From a virus (lineage: Duplodnaviria; Heunggongvirae; Uroviricota; Caudoviricetes): a stretch of 64,000 bases of DNA. Location: the IMG/VR virus record IMGVR_UViG_3300042895_002216; one strand, written 5' to 3'. The translations under genes and the position numbers were made by a program. Shown in pieces: positions 21,247 to 31,477 of this stretch; position 1 is the first letter of the stretch; every line of letters starts with the position of its first letter. Below the pieces are notes generated by a model. It searched no databases. It worked only from the letters and a program-made list of their open reading frames with translations, and was not told where the DNA came from.

Positions 21247-21519
21247 ATGACAAAATTAAAAGAATGTTTATTATTATTTGCAATTCAGCTTGTACTGTAT
21301 GGAATTTTATGCATAAATTTTAGAGCAGTTGCTGAAACTCAATATCACTTAGCAGCAGTTAGTGATTTTACAATAGCTTCACTAAATTTTTTCGTAATCC
21401 GAAAAATTGCAAAGAGCGAAGATTCACTACACCAATGGTTTGGTTATGTTACTGGCTCAGTAGCCGGGTCATATTTAGGAATTTGGTTATCGGTTCAACT
21501 AGCCAATACAATTTTGTAG
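21247..21519 (+). CDS. Small three-TM membrane protein
   Basis: Three hydrophobic segments. Confidence 0.65.
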   Translation: MTKLKECLLLFAIQLVLYGILCINFRAVAETQYHLAAVSDFTIASLNFFVIRKIAKSEDSLHQWFGYVTGSVAGSYLGIWLSVQLANTIL

Positions 21520-21531
21520 TATAATAACTAC

Positions 21532-22506
21532 ATGAAAGATACTAACGTCCGTTTGGGTTACTGTTGCATTAACTTGTCTCTAGCCGACCAAAAAATTACA
21601 GCCAATCGAGGTATGATCCGTAAAACCTTTCAAGAAAAGGGCGTTTCATATTGTGCTGAGCTTGCGCATCAAAATATAAAAGATGTTCTAAAAATTCTAC
21701 AATGGAATTTAGCTAATGGCATTTACGTATATCGAATGTCAAGCGATATTTTTCCATGGATGTCAGAGTACGAAATTACTCAGCTTCCAAACTTTATGGA
21801 AATCTTGCCAGACATGCAGGCAATCGGCAAGTTTGTAATTGCAAACGGCATGCGAATCTCAATGCATCCAGGCCAGTTCGATGTTCTGCCATCTCCCAAT
21901 CCAGCGGTTGTCACAAAAACAGTCAAGGATCTGGACCAGCATGCGCAAATTATGACCTTAATGGGCTTGCCAATTGACCATAATTATCCAATTAACATTC
22001 ATGTCGGTGGGACCTATGGCGATAAGGAGTCCGCTGCTCAACGATTCTGTCAGAATTTTCAACGTCTCCACGAAAATACTAAGGCCAGGCTTGTTGTCGA
22101 AAACGACGATAAGGCTACACAGTACTCGGTACTCGATCTTTTTCAATTAGTCTATACGAATATTGGCACGCCAATTACATTTGATTTCCATCATCACCGT
22201 TTTAACACCAGCGATCTTACTGAGGAAGCTGCACTCGCCCTAGCTGCCACTACCTGGGGACGCGTGACTCCGCTCACTCATTACTCTAGTAGTAAAAAAA
22301 CATTTGAAGATCCGTCAGTTATTGCCAGATCCCATGCTGATTACGTTTACGAACAGATAAATACTTATAATCGCAGTTTCGATATTGAGATAGAGGCCAA
22401 GGCAAAAGACCTAGCCGTACTTAAGTATCGTGACTCTTCTGTGAGTCTTCTTGAAAACTACTTGGAGTTCGATGATAAAAGATACTTTGAAAAAATAGCA
22501 GACTAA
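21532..22506 (+). CDS. uvsE: UV-damage endonuclease
   Basis: LGYCCIN, YRMSSD.FP, SMHPGQF, NIHVGG, LVVENDD and FDFHHH motifs. Confidence 0.95.
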   Translation: MKDTNVRLGYCCINLSLADQKITANRGMIRKTFQEKGVSYCAELAHQNIKDVLKILQWNLANGIYVYRMSSDIFPWMSEYEITQLPNFMEILPDMQAIGKFVIANGMRISMHPGQFDVLPSPNPAVVTKTVKDLDQHAQIMTLMGLPIDHNYPINIHVGGTYGDKESAAQRFCQNFQRLHENTKARLVVENDDKATQYSVLDLFQLVYTNIGTPITFDFHHHRFNTSDLTEEAALALAATTWGRVTPLTHYSSSKKTFEDPSVIARSHADYVYEQINTYNRSFDIEIEAKAKDLAVLKYRDSSVSLLENYLEFDDKRYFEKIAD

Positions 22507-22767
22507 ATGACTGATCAAACTACTGAAGACTGCGGATGCGGTTCAACGCCAGCAACTCCAAAACCTACGGTACTTAGCCGAATCATCGATAAAGTGTTTG
22601 TTAGTGAAGATCTAAAGAATCACCGAATGTCCATTTGCAAACAGTGTCCTCATTTTGGAGAGACCCTATCCCAATGTGGAATATGCGGCTGTTTTCTTGA
22701 AGCAAAGACTCGACTGGTAGGATTTCACTGCGCGCTAGATCAAATAGGCGAGCAACCTAAGTGGTAA
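22507..22767 (+). CDS. Small Cys-rich Zn-binding protein
   Basis: CKQC...CGICGC...C. Confidence 0.7.
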   Translation: MTDQTTEDCGCGSTPATPKPTVLSRIIDKVFVSEDLKNHRMSICKQCPHFGETLSQCGICGCFLEAKTRLVGFHCALDQIGEQPKW

Positions 22768-22825
22768 TAAATAATCTTGAAATTTACTTTTAATTTCCTA
22801 GAGTCAATCACTGACTCTTTGAAAA

Positions 22826-23083
22826 ATGATAACCCTATGGACAGTGAGAGTCAAAACTTGGAGACAAACCTTAATGGCCAACCTGGCAACATGGTGCATG
22901 ATGATCGCACTGTTCTTCAATCCGTTCGGTTTCGATATCGTACAGTATTGGCTAATGCAGGTAACTGGCAGTTTATGGAGAGCCAACTTCGTTTTGTACT
23001 GCATAGCGGCACTATTCTTTGGCTGCTCTTTCTACTTTCGTTGGCGATATAAAAAACTTGTTAAACAAAAAAGGACTCTTTAA
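22826..23083 (+). CDS. Small membrane protein
   Basis: Two TM segments (FFNPFGFD); ATAAATAA at 22767. Confidence 0.6.
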   Translation: MITLWTVRVKTWRQTLMANLATWCMMIALFFNPFGFDIVQYWLMQVTGSLWRANFVLYCIAALFFGCSFYFRWRYKKLVKQKRTL

Positions 23084-23095
23084 GAGTCCTTTTTT
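23067..23095. terminator. Bidirectional terminator
   Basis: AAAAAAGGACTCT tta AGAGTCCTTTTTT between convergent genes. Confidence 0.85.
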
Positions 23096-23113
23096 GTTAG
23101 TTATATTAACCGA

Positions 23114-24256
23114 TTAAACTGTATACAGACTACTTACAATTGGATAATTAGCGGAATGTAAAAGTTGCTGTAAATCCCTATGGCCAGCAGCTGAATCATT
23201 AGCTAAGTGTATTTTAAAAGACTTAACGGTCTGTACTTGCTCACTATATGTTCCAGCATTTAAATGTGATCCAACTACCCATTTAGTAGTGTTTGTCCAG
23301 GTAATAGGCGTAATTACTGATAAATTGCGGCTCTCTCCGCCGTTCGCTCGAATGATCGGAGTTTCTCCAGCTTTATGAGCGAAGGTAATGTACGTGGACG
23401 GTTGAGTTAGAGCCAAGTCATAGTCGACTTGATAACAAATCGATCCACTGATATTCAACACCTGAATACCTGAATCAGCTGTTCGAACTTGGTAAATTGC
23501 TTTATTTGCGACAGTGTCATATAATTCAAAAAGTGTTTTGTCAGGTACAAGTTCTCCAAATACTCCCTCAAATACAAAGCCATTCGAGTAAACGCTTGCA
23601 GCCGTTGCTGTGGTCTGTACAAGACCGCCTGCTCCTCCTAATACAAATCCGCCCTCCGAGCCAAGGCCGTTACCATTTGGGGTGACTCCAGTCGCGCTAA
23701 TTAAATTAAAATCTTTAACTTTGAATGCAGCTGGAGCGTGTGTTCCAAATCCAACGGATGTTGTGGGATTTGCTAAGTTAAACATTTCAGTGTCTCCTCC
23801 GCCGTAATAGCTTCCCAAGTAACCTGATTCAATATTCGCAACCGTTTGACAACCAGTCAGTGACTCTGCGAACGTATATTCTGGGTAATCACAGTTAATT
23901 AGTGCATATTTGCCGCTGGCCTTTAACCAGGCAAGTGTCTCTGTGTAACTCATCAGTGCATAATTATTTGCACTTCGGTCAGGTAGTCTACTTACTAATT
24001 CGGCGATTTTGTCAGTGTAGGTTCCAGTTCCATCGATCCACCAGATACGCGGTACTGCATTATCTTCGGTGTCTATTCCTCTACTAAAAGTATCTGAATA
24101 CAGAACTATATTTGTGTTTGGAGAAATACCCGCTCTCCATTTTCGAGCAGTGTCCGCTCGGTAATCCTTAGGAGTAAGTCCCAAAGAAACGGTTCCTATA
24201 TGAATCGCTGCCGGTGATTGGCTAAGGCGATTATAACATACTGGATTTGGTGTCAT
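23114..24256 (-). CDS. Late beta-rich virion protein (fibre or LamG-like)
   Basis: 380 aa, G/T-rich; minus-strand late promoter at 24278-24285. Confidence 0.55.
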   Translation of the reverse strand: MTPNPVCYNRLSQSPAAIHIGTVSLGLTPKDYRADTARKWRAGISPNTNIVLYSDTFSRGIDTEDNAVPRIWWIDGTGTYTDKIAELVSRLPDRSANNYALMSYTETLAWLKASGKYALINCDYPEYTFAESLTGCQTVANIESGYLGSYYGGGDTEMFNLANPTTSVGFGTHAPAAFKVKDFNLISATGVTPNGNGLGSEGGFVLGGAGGLVQTTATAASVYSNGFVFEGVFGELVPDKTLFELYDTVANKAIYQVRTADSGIQVLNISGSICYQVDYDLALTQPSTYITFAHKAGETPIIRANGGESRNLSVITPITWTNTTKWVVGSHLNAGTYSEQVQTVKSFKIHLANDSAAGHRDLQQLLHSANYPIVSSLYTV

Positions 24257-24347
24257 AGTGTATAAAATTATTTGAATTTATTTATTTGCGAAAGTTTAGC
24301 AAGTCTTCGATGTAACCTTTTATTCTCTACTGTAGTATAATAATAGC

Positions 24348-24587
24348 ATGAGCTTTAATAAATATTTTATTCCAGAACCAGAAGTGGTTGCTGATCTAGT
24401 AAAGAAGAAAGGGCCAAAGGCTTTTATCTCCAGAAAAATAGATGCAGTGATCGGAAATCCAGTCAGCATAGATATACTAGATCACATCTATGAAGAGGTG
24501 ACCTTAGGTAAAGATGATGCAACTGTGATGCAGAGCTTGCGTAAAAAATTTCCAACCTATTTCAATGGCGAGTCCGTTAAGAGCTAA
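24348..24587 (+). CDS. Hypothetical protein
   Basis: TAGTATAAT at 24333. Confidence 0.65.
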   Translation: MSFNKYFIPEPEVVADLVKKKGPKAFISRKIDAVIGNPVSIDILDHIYEEVTLGKDDATVMQSLRKKFPTYFNGESVKS

Positions 24588-24852
24588 TGATGTCTGTTTA
24601 GTAACACTAAGAGTTGGTGAAACTGAAGTACATAGCGGAGTTTCAAGCACATTCCGGTCAGCCTATAAACTTGCACTATTTGAGCAGGGCATCTCATTCC
24701 CAAATCTGCCAGAGCGTGCAGCCCTAACTGTAATGAACCGAAACGGTCAAGTATTTCTTTGGGATACTGGGAAATTTCAATACGAGGAGGAGGCCAGATG
24801 GTCGCCAGTCGGTAAAATGGCAATAATTCAAAAAATAAAAGTAAAGAGATGA
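24565..24852 (+). CDS. Hypothetical protein
   Basis: Overlapping member of the same operon. Confidence 0.55.
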   Translation: MASPLRANDVCLVTLRVGETEVHSGVSSTFRSAYKLALFEQGISFPNLPERAALTVMNRNGQVFLWDTGKFQYEEEARWSPVGKMAIIQKIKVKR

Positions 24853-25106
24853 ATTTAGAAAAACACGTAGTTATTTGTGACTGTCACTGTCCAGAACACC
24901 AGTTTATCCTAATCAAGGACACCACTGATCAAGAGGTTTGGTTGGAGGTCCACCTATGTCCAACTCCAGGCTTCTTTCGGAGATTATGGGCAGGCTTAAG
25001 GTATGCATTTGGCTACCGGTCCAGGTATGGACACTTTGATAATATCCTGGTAACGCCAGAAGATCAGGCAAAAATAGTTGACTTGTTACAAACTAAACCA
25101 CAATAA
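24849..25106 (+). CDS. Hypothetical protein (CDCHC motif)
   Basis: Operon member ending at a terminator. Confidence 0.65.
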   Translation: MNLEKHVVICDCHCPEHQFILIKDTTDQEVWLEVHLCPTPGFFRRLWAGLRYAFGYRSRYGHFDNILVTPEDQAKIVDLLQTKPQ

Positions 25107-25132
25107 AAAAGGGAGCAAGTGCTCCCTTTTTT
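25105..25132. terminator. Bidirectional terminator
   Basis: AAAAAAGGGAGCA ag TGCTCCCTTTTTT. Confidence 0.8.
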
Positions 25133-25151
25133 CTTTTTAATATCTGTAAAC

Positions 25152-25349
25152 TTATTCAATAAGTCCCAATATTCTTGATTCCTGAACTGCCTCTAACTGA
25201 CATGGGGAAATTCCTTCTCCAAATCTGTCAAGTAATTTCTGTTCAGCTTCTCCTACTGAGCTTGCCTCAACTAAGTACTGTTCACGAATCTTTTTTGTTT
25301 TGCCGTTGTCGTCTTCCGACTCGAATCTTAATTTTGCTAAGTAATACAT
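25152..25349 (-). CDS. DUF4494-like protein
   Basis: YLAKLRFE...GKTKKIREQYLVEASSVGEAE pattern, typical of Bacteroidota. Confidence 0.65.
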   Translation of the reverse strand: MYYLAKLRFESEDDNGKTKKIREQYLVEASSVGEAEQKLLDRFGEGISPCQLEAVQESRILGLIE

Positions 25350-25394
25350 AATTTATAAATTTATAGAGTGTTATACTGAGAATCTGGATTAGGT

Positions 25395-25871
25395 TTACTG
25401 TTTAGCAGCTGCTTGATTAGATCTCATCGATAACCTTTTACCAGGAGACTCAAAACTAGATTTTACAGGATTGGCTTGCATAATTTTATTATCCTTTACC
25501 TCTTTGTCCTTCTTGAATACTTTATCGCCATTCATTTTCTTGGTCTTCTTCTTTTCGTTAAGATCAGAACCTTCTGCATACTGAGCCAATAGAGTATCAG
25601 CTTCATCTGCGAATTCTTCAGCAATTGCCTCTCCCATTTCGTCATTAATCATAACAATTAAGTCATTCTCAAGGTCTGTTAATCGGGTAGCAGTGCCGTA
25701 TTTTTCAGAGTAAGGGTCAATATCAATGCCTGCTGAGCTGTATTGATTCGCCAATTCAATTAATTCTCTAGCCGTTTCGTGATAGAATCGGTCTGACTTC
25801 ATATCCGCTTTTTGGTGAAAATCGTCAAAGCTTTCTTCGAAACTTTCAAATAGTGCAACGTATCGTTTCAT
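25395..25871 (-). CDS. Putative internal virion protein
   Basis: MKRYVALFESFEES N-terminus; late promoter at 25899-25906. Confidence 0.7.
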   Translation of the reverse strand: MKRYVALFESFEESFDDFHQKADMKSDRFYHETARELIELANQYSSAGIDIDPYSEKYGTATRLTDLENDLIVMINDEMGEAIAEEFADEADTLLAQYAEGSDLNEKKKTKKMNGDKVFKKDKEVKDNKIMQANPVKSSFESPGKRLSMRSNQAAAKQ

Positions 25872-25908
25872 TATGTTTTTGGTATAATTTTAATAAATTT
25901 ATTTATCC

Positions 25909-26715
25909 ATGCCAGAAGGACCTGAATGTAGAAGAGTGTACGAAGGAATTGCCGAATTTTCCAAAGGAAAGACGGTTACTCAATTTGAAGTATTAGGCGG
26001 CCGCTTCCTAAAGAGAGCACCGGACCTAGTCGTTAGCCCCAGTTTACCCACCAGAGTAGTGGGCGGTGGAGTTAAAGGCAAATTCATTTGGCTTGAATTA
26101 AGTGACGAGACCTGCCTCTGGATAACACTGGGAATGAGCGGGTTCTGGTCAACTGACTTGAGACCACACAGCCATTTCCGTATAGGCTTCGATGATGGCA
26201 CTTCGTTATATTTCGTTGATCAACGCAGATTCGGTACACTAAAGTTCATGCAAACTTCAGATCTTGCAAAAAAACTGGCCGGCTTGGGGCTTGATATGCT
26301 AAACGATCAGACCTCAAGCATGTACGATTTTGTTAGAAAAGTTGAGTTACCTAAGGCTCAGAAGAAAACTGTAGCTGAAGCTTTAATGGACCAGTCGCTA
26401 TTTGCCGGGGTCGGTAACTATATCAAATGTGAAATGCTTTACCGGTGCAGAATATCCCCATATCGACTGGTCAGCGACCTAACTCAGGAAGATATTTGTG
26501 GATTATGGAATTGGGGAAAATTAATCATGCGATCTTCCTATACACAAGGCGGCGCCAGTATCCGAAATTATCGACAGGTAACTGGTGAGTCAGGTGGATT
26601 TACCTTTGACTTTGAAGTGTATGCACAAAAGACCGATCTATTGGGCAATCTGGTGGTTAGGGAAGAAACCTTAGACGGAAGAACCACTCATTGGGTTCCA
26701 AGTCTACAATTATAG
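25909..26715 (+). CDS. mutM: Fpg/Nei DNA glycosylase with zincless finger
   Basis: MPEGPE catalytic N-terminus, GK.IW, LGMSG, DQRRFG and H2TH motif GVGNYIKCE. Confidence 0.92.
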   Translation: MPEGPECRRVYEGIAEFSKGKTVTQFEVLGGRFLKRAPDLVVSPSLPTRVVGGGVKGKFIWLELSDETCLWITLGMSGFWSTDLRPHSHFRIGFDDGTSLYFVDQRRFGTLKFMQTSDLAKKLAGLGLDMLNDQTSSMYDFVRKVELPKAQKKTVAEALMDQSLFAGVGNYIKCEMLYRCRISPYRLVSDLTQEDICGLWNWGKLIMRSSYTQGGASIRNYRQVTGESGGFTFDFEVYAQKTDLLGNLVVREETLDGRTTHWVPSLQL

Positions 26716-26727
26716 TATAATAGTAGC

Positions 26728-27087
26728 ATGAAAGATATTATCGACCTCGGAAATGAGGTATTTAGTCATCTAATAAAACAACACAGGGAACTTGAAGAGT
26801 CTCGTACGCTATTCCTGTATGGAATTACAATGGGAAATACGTGGTTTGTAATTGATTCAGCTAATTGGATTATAGTAGAAGAAGCAGGTTTAACCTATAA
26901 TTTTGAGGATCCTGAAATTGCCAAATTAGATGCAGCCTGGAAGGACTCTAAATTTCAAAAAGAGTTAATCGCGGCTCAACGGATAATGAAGGAGATTAGC
27001 CCTCAATCCAGAAACGTTAATCCACAGGACGGAGATACTTTTGAATTTTGGAATAATGAAACTCCTTGGCGAGAAATAAACTTATAG
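26728..27087 (+). CDS. Hypothetical protein
   Basis: TAGTATAAT at 26713. Confidence 0.65.
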   Translation: MKDIIDLGNEVFSHLIKQHRELEESRTLFLYGITMGNTWFVIDSANWIIVEEAGLTYNFEDPEIAKLDAAWKDSKFQKELIAAQRIMKEISPQSRNVNPQDGDTFEFWNNETPWREINL

Positions 27088-27089
27088 CA

Positions 27090-27779
27090 ATGGCAATAAA
27101 CCTTTTTAATGTAGAAAAGATACGTCAGCAATGGATCGAAAAAAACTTCATTTCTTTTGAGGATTTTTTGGTGGATGCTGATGCTGAGCAAATTCAACAA
27201 TATTACTTTAATAAGCCTGCTGATTATTGGGATTTGGCAATTTATCCAGACCAATATAACTTGTCAGCAGCCTATCCAATTTATAGATGCAAGCCTGGAG
27301 ATCCTTCCATTCCAGAAAGATTAGCATACATTAGGGAATTAAATGATCAAAACCAATTCTCCTACACGTATAGAAGAACAGAAGATCATCATTATAACTT
27401 GGAAGTTTTTAAATCAGCTGAATTCATTGAAGCTCTTGAGTACATTACTGGATATTCTGGAATTACGCTTGATCCTAATTACACGTTTATGAATTGCTAT
27501 GAGGAAGGCCATTACAATGGACCTCATACTGATGGAGTAAATGGCCGAATTGCGTTTGTGTATCACCTTTCCAAAAATTGGAAACCGTGGAACGGTGGAC
27601 TTTTTGTTAGAATGGATTGGGATTGGAAAAACGCGGATGCAATAGTGGTTCCTAAATTTAATAACTTGGTTATGTTTAATGTATTTGGAAATGCAGCTAG
27701 TGGAGCTCCGCATTTCGTTACTGAAATTGCTCAAGGTTGCAAAAATAAAAGAATCAGCTTTACTGGCTGGTACAAATAA
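27090..27779 (+). CDS. 2OG-Fe(II) oxygenase (prolyl-hydroxylase-like)
   Basis: HTD...H...R.S facial triad (PHTDG, HFVTE, RISFTGWY). Confidence 0.85.
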   Translation: MAINLFNVEKIRQQWIEKNFISFEDFLVDADAEQIQQYYFNKPADYWDLAIYPDQYNLSAAYPIYRCKPGDPSIPERLAYIRELNDQNQFSYTYRRTEDHHYNLEVFKSAEFIEALEYITGYSGITLDPNYTFMNCYEEGHYNGPHTDGVNGRIAFVYHLSKNWKPWNGGLFVRMDWDWKNADAIVVPKFNNLVMFNVFGNAASGAPHFVTEIAQGCKNKRISFTGWYK

Positions 27780-27787
27780 TTATAATT

Positions 27788-28021
27788 ATGGCAGACTTAG
27801 ATACTCAAATAGAACAATTTGAAAACGTTAGCTACCGAATGAGAGCTGAAGGTATGCACTATTGCTTTGAGCACTATTCAAGTTTCGAAGAGGTAAAGGA
27901 TCCTAAATTCCATGAACTTAGAGAGGCTTACTTAAAAGCGGCTAGCGAATTAAAGAGTTACGTAGATACTCGAATTGAAGAATTAAACCAAGAGTCCAAT
28001 GGATTGGACGATTTATTATAA
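27788..28021 (+). CDS. Hypothetical protein
   Basis: 77 aa ORF in operon. Confidence 0.6.
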   Translation: MADLDTQIEQFENVSYRMRAEGMHYCFEHYSSFEEVKDPKFHELREAYLKAASELKSYVDTRIEELNQESNGLDDLL

Positions 28022-28041
28022 ACCTAAAAAATAGAAAAAGT

Positions 28042-28191
28042 ATGACACCAGATCAAGCAAAGGATGCACTAATCGAGGTATTGATGGACCAAGTTGCAGA
28101 CCTAACAATAATGTCTAAAATTGAATTAGGCGATGATGTAATTGCAGAAATTAAAAGATTAAGAGAAATTATCAATGAACCGACTCGATAA
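28042..28191 (+). CDS. 49 aa hypothetical protein (not in ORF track)
   Basis: MTPDQAKDALIEV...; overlaps the thyA start. Confidence 0.5.
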   Translation: MTPDQAKDALIEVLMDQVADLTIMSKIELGDDVIAEIKRLREIINEPTR

Positions 28192-29341
28192 ACAATACAC
28201 CGATCTTCTTCAATCGATTTTAGATTATGGAGTGGAGAAGAGTGACCGAACCGGTACTGGAACAATTTCAGTATTCGGTAGACAGATCCGTCATAAAATG
28301 AGTGAAGGGTTTCCTTTACTTACAACTAAGAAGATGCCATTCAAAACAATTGTAACTGAATTATTGTGGTTCTTGCGTGGTGATACAAATATTAAGTATT
28401 TGGTTGACAATAATTGTCATATTTGGGATGGTGATGCTTATAAGAAATACAAAAGTACAGCAGACCATACATTATCAATAATGGAGTTTATTGATACAAT
28501 AAAAAATGATTCGTTAAGAGCAAAGACCTGGGGTGAATTAGGTCCAATTTATGGTAGACAATGGAGAAATTGGGGCGCTATATTTGATGGAGGAGTAGAC
28601 CAAATCCAAAACCTAATCAACGACCTTAAAACAAATCCAGACTCAAGACGATTAATGGTAAATGCATGGAATGTAGGTGAATTAGACCAAATGACACTTC
28701 CACCTTGTCATTATGGATTTCAATGTTATACAAGAGAATTAAGTTTAGAAGAAAGAAGATCCTTAGTCAGTCAAGAAATGTTTAATCAAATCTATAATGG
28801 AGGTGGGCCGGATACCTTATCCCATTCTGAAATCAATCAATGGAATGTTCCAACCAGAGCAATCTCCCTTATGTGGAATCAACGTTCAGTAGATACATTC
28901 TTAGGCCTTCCGTTCAATATTGCAAGTTACGGACTTCTTCTAGAAATCATTGCAAAAGAAGTTAATATGATTCCTGATGAATTGATTGGAAACTTAGGAG
29001 ATACTCATTTATATTTGAACCACATTGAACAAGCAAAGGAACAAATTGGTAGAAAGTATACACCAGAAGAAAGGGAGACCATGTTAAAGGATGCTATGAG
29101 CTTGCGTTTATATAACAAAGCAGTTAATGAACTGATGCCATTCGGTGGAGGTATGTCTGAGTACTACGATGCTTATAAAATTCCGTACCGTACAAGAGAA
29201 CCATTTGAGTTACCTAAGTGCAATATCAAATTGCATTTTAAAAACGAACCATCATTCACGCCAGAACATTGGTTAATTGATGATTTTGAATTAGTCGATT
29301 ATCAATCACACCCATCAATTAAAGCACCACTAAGTAACTAA
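28175..29341 (+). CDS. thyA: Thymidylate synthase
   Basis: DRTGTGT, FPLLTTKK, LGPIYG.QWR, LPPCH, QRSVD..LGLPFN and GDTHLY motifs; contains insertions. Confidence 0.97.
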   Translation: MNRLDKQYTDLLQSILDYGVEKSDRTGTGTISVFGRQIRHKMSEGFPLLTTKKMPFKTIVTELLWFLRGDTNIKYLVDNNCHIWDGDAYKKYKSTADHTLSIMEFIDTIKNDSLRAKTWGELGPIYGRQWRNWGAIFDGGVDQIQNLINDLKTNPDSRRLMVNAWNVGELDQMTLPPCHYGFQCYTRELSLEERRSLVSQEMFNQIYNGGGPDTLSHSEINQWNVPTRAISLMWNQRSVDTFLGLPFNIASYGLLLEIIAKEVNMIPDELIGNLGDTHLYLNHIEQAKEQIGRKYTPEERETMLKDAMSLRLYNKAVNELMPFGGGMSEYYDAYKIPYRTREPFELPKCNIKLHFKNEPSFTPEHWLIDDFELVDYQSHPSIKAPLSN

Positions 29342-29461
29342 CATGAAAACTGAAACTTTATCCAGGATCAAAAGACTTGAACAGTTTTGGGATTTGTACA
29401 TTGGCTGGTTTTTCGTAAACGGTCGTAAGCAGGATCAGTACTTTATTAAAATTAAAAACAA

Positions 29462-29821
29462 ATGGAATCTATGATACTAGTAAAATTTAGAGACATTGAC
29501 CCAGATACTGGATCAATTAGTCAAGAAGGAACCGTTGCAACGTGTGCGGATGAACAATTAGCTAACTGGGTTAAGTCTGCTCTTGGGAGAGATAACGCTG
29601 AGAACGGCGATCCTAATCGTGAATTCTATTTAGACGATCAAGCGAATCGCGAAGCTACATACGAAGAGAGAGTTGCATGGTTCGTTGCAAACTATTACGA
29701 AACTGGAATGGAGTATGATGCTCTGCTTGAATCAATGAAAGAGGTTAACCTTGACTCATTCGAATGGTATGATGAAACGATAAGTATTCCAACTCACTTT
29801 AAGAATTACCGCTTAAATTAA
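29462..29821 (+). CDS. Hypothetical protein
   Basis: 119 aa, acidic. Confidence 0.6.
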   Translation: MESMILVKFRDIDPDTGSISQEGTVATCADEQLANWVKSALGRDNAENGDPNREFYLDDQANREATYEERVAWFVANYYETGMEYDALLESMKEVNLDSFEWYDETISIPTHFKNYRLN

Positions 29822-31071
29822 GCAACTTCTGCATCTAGGCTCTTAGCGAAGGCGCTTGCTTTCGCTATAGCTTCTCTACCGACAGTTGATCCCAATGAAG
29901 AGCCCCATCCGGCATTTGCCTGAACGTAGTCTTGTACTGCACTGTCTAAGTCAGTATATGCATTTGGATCTTTTCCTTTGCGATCAAACGAATCAATGAA
30001 ATAAATTACTGCGAATTCTGCTGCAACTTCAGGTTTTTCCAATTCTTCAGGATTCTCAACAATATTAACTTTTCCAAGTTTAGCTCCCATTTGGTCGTAT
30101 ATTCTTTGAAGATTTTCGTAATTTCCTTTAAACGTTATTCCATTAAATCCACGGCCTCTATACTTAGCTCCGTCTCCTGGAGAAACGTTTCCGTATTTTC
30201 CACCGTATACTGCTTCCCAAAATAGGCTATCGAATAATTCTTGGCCTTGGGTCCTCCAACCCTCAATTTGTTCATCGGTGTATTGGGATAATTTGCTTGG
30301 AAATACCTCACGTATTCTTGAAATAGGGGTACCGAAATAAGAAATTTCACTAGTTAAATTAGGAGACTCTTTTGAAATAACTCCAAGTACTGCCTTTCTA
30401 GCAAATTCATTAGTTATTCCGTTTTGATCCATCGCCTTTAGTAAGGCATCCATATTTTCTTCAGGGAATTTTGAGGTAGATTTAAAATTCTGCCCTTTTC
30501 CTGGGGTAAGAGTTGTGTGTTTATCTAGATCAGCTTGTGAAAAGTTTTTATCTTTAAGGGCTGTGATTAGTCGGTTAATAAGATTTGCATCAATTAAAAC
30601 AGAGTCAGTAGTTCGACCGGCTCCCTCTTTACCAGTCTTTGCAAATTCAACGCTGCCTTTGTGTTCCCAATGCCAAGACTCTCTTGGAATATTTGTGAAT
30701 CCATAAGTTGCAGCATTGTCCTTCAACCACTGAAGAGCTTCAGCACTAAGGTCTAAGTCAAGAGCGCTTCCCCATCCGTGATTGGAAGTTCCAGGAACTG
30801 CCGCAAGTCCTCCATTTTTATAGAGACCTTTACGTGCAGCGACATCAACTTGCGAATCGTAATCTCTGTACGAGTCAGTAATTCCCCAAGTTATTCCGTC
30901 TGCTTCGGCAGCAGCTCTCATTTCTTCGTATGCTTTCGCTGCAATTGAATTTAATTTATGACCTTTAGTCGGTTGTCCTGCACCAGCGATAGGTTCTAAT
31001 CCAGTAGTATCAAGTCGGCCATTTGCGGCTTCAGTTAAAAACTGTTTGAAATTTAATATCTTATTTTCCAT
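29818..31071 (-). CDS. M15B (VanY-like) peptidase fused to GH19-type lysozyme, with capsid-targeting-like N-terminus
   Basis: SYR...PGTSNHGWG..LD...E.WHW, then GDGAKYRGRGFNGIT; minus strand (track label is wrong); start MENKILNFKQF. Confidence 0.85.
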   Translation of the reverse strand: MENKILNFKQFLTEAANGRLDTTGLEPIAGAGQPTKGHKLNSIAAKAYEEMRAAAEADGITWGITDSYRDYDSQVDVAARKGLYKNGGLAAVPGTSNHGWGSALDLDLSAEALQWLKDNAATYGFTNIPRESWHWEHKGSVEFAKTGKEGAGRTTDSVLIDANLINRLITALKDKNFSQADLDKHTTLTPGKGQNFKSTSKFPEENMDALLKAMDQNGITNEFARKAVLGVISKESPNLTSEISYFGTPISRIREVFPSKLSQYTDEQIEGWRTQGQELFDSLFWEAVYGGKYGNVSPGDGAKYRGRGFNGITFKGNYENLQRIYDQMGAKLGKVNIVENPEELEKPEVAAEFAVIYFIDSFDRKGKDPNAYTDLDSAVQDYVQANAGWGSSLGSTVGREAIAKASAFAKSLDAEVA

Positions 31072-31426
31072 TATCTGAAGTGCTGATTTTTGTAGTATCC
31101 TCATTGAATTTCTGAATAGCTATTGCTGTTTCTGGTCCAAAATAACCATCAACTCCGTGTTCAGGTAATTCGTAACCTAAGAACTCTAGCGCTGCTTGAA
31201 TGTCTTCTACTAATTTAGAATAGGTATAGGTTCCGCCGTTTTGGACAGCTACTGATTTTCCAGAATTTGCAAAATCCTCCAATGTAGCATAGAACGCTTC
31301 GACCTTATCGTCTAGGAGTGTGCCGTCTTCTTTTTTCTGAGCAGAGGTCTCTTCCTTCTTGCCGGTAAGCCAGTCCCAAAAACCCTCATTTGTTTTTTCT
31401 GTGAATTGATTAAAATTATGAATCAT
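31061..31426 (-). CDS. Peptidoglycan-binding protein with capsid-targeting-like N-terminus
   Basis: IQAALEFLGY...GVDGYFGPETAIAIQKF; late promoter at 31465. Confidence 0.8.
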   Translation of the reverse strand: MIHNFNQFTEKTNEGFWDWLTGKKEETSAQKKEDGTLLDDKVEAFYATLEDFANSGKSVAVQNGGTYTYSKLVEDIQAALEFLGYELPEHGVDGYFGPETAIAIQKFNEDTTKISTSDNGK

Positions 31427-31477
31427 GTTAAACTTTACCTGTTTATTTTGTAATAGATACTAAATTATTTATCCTTA

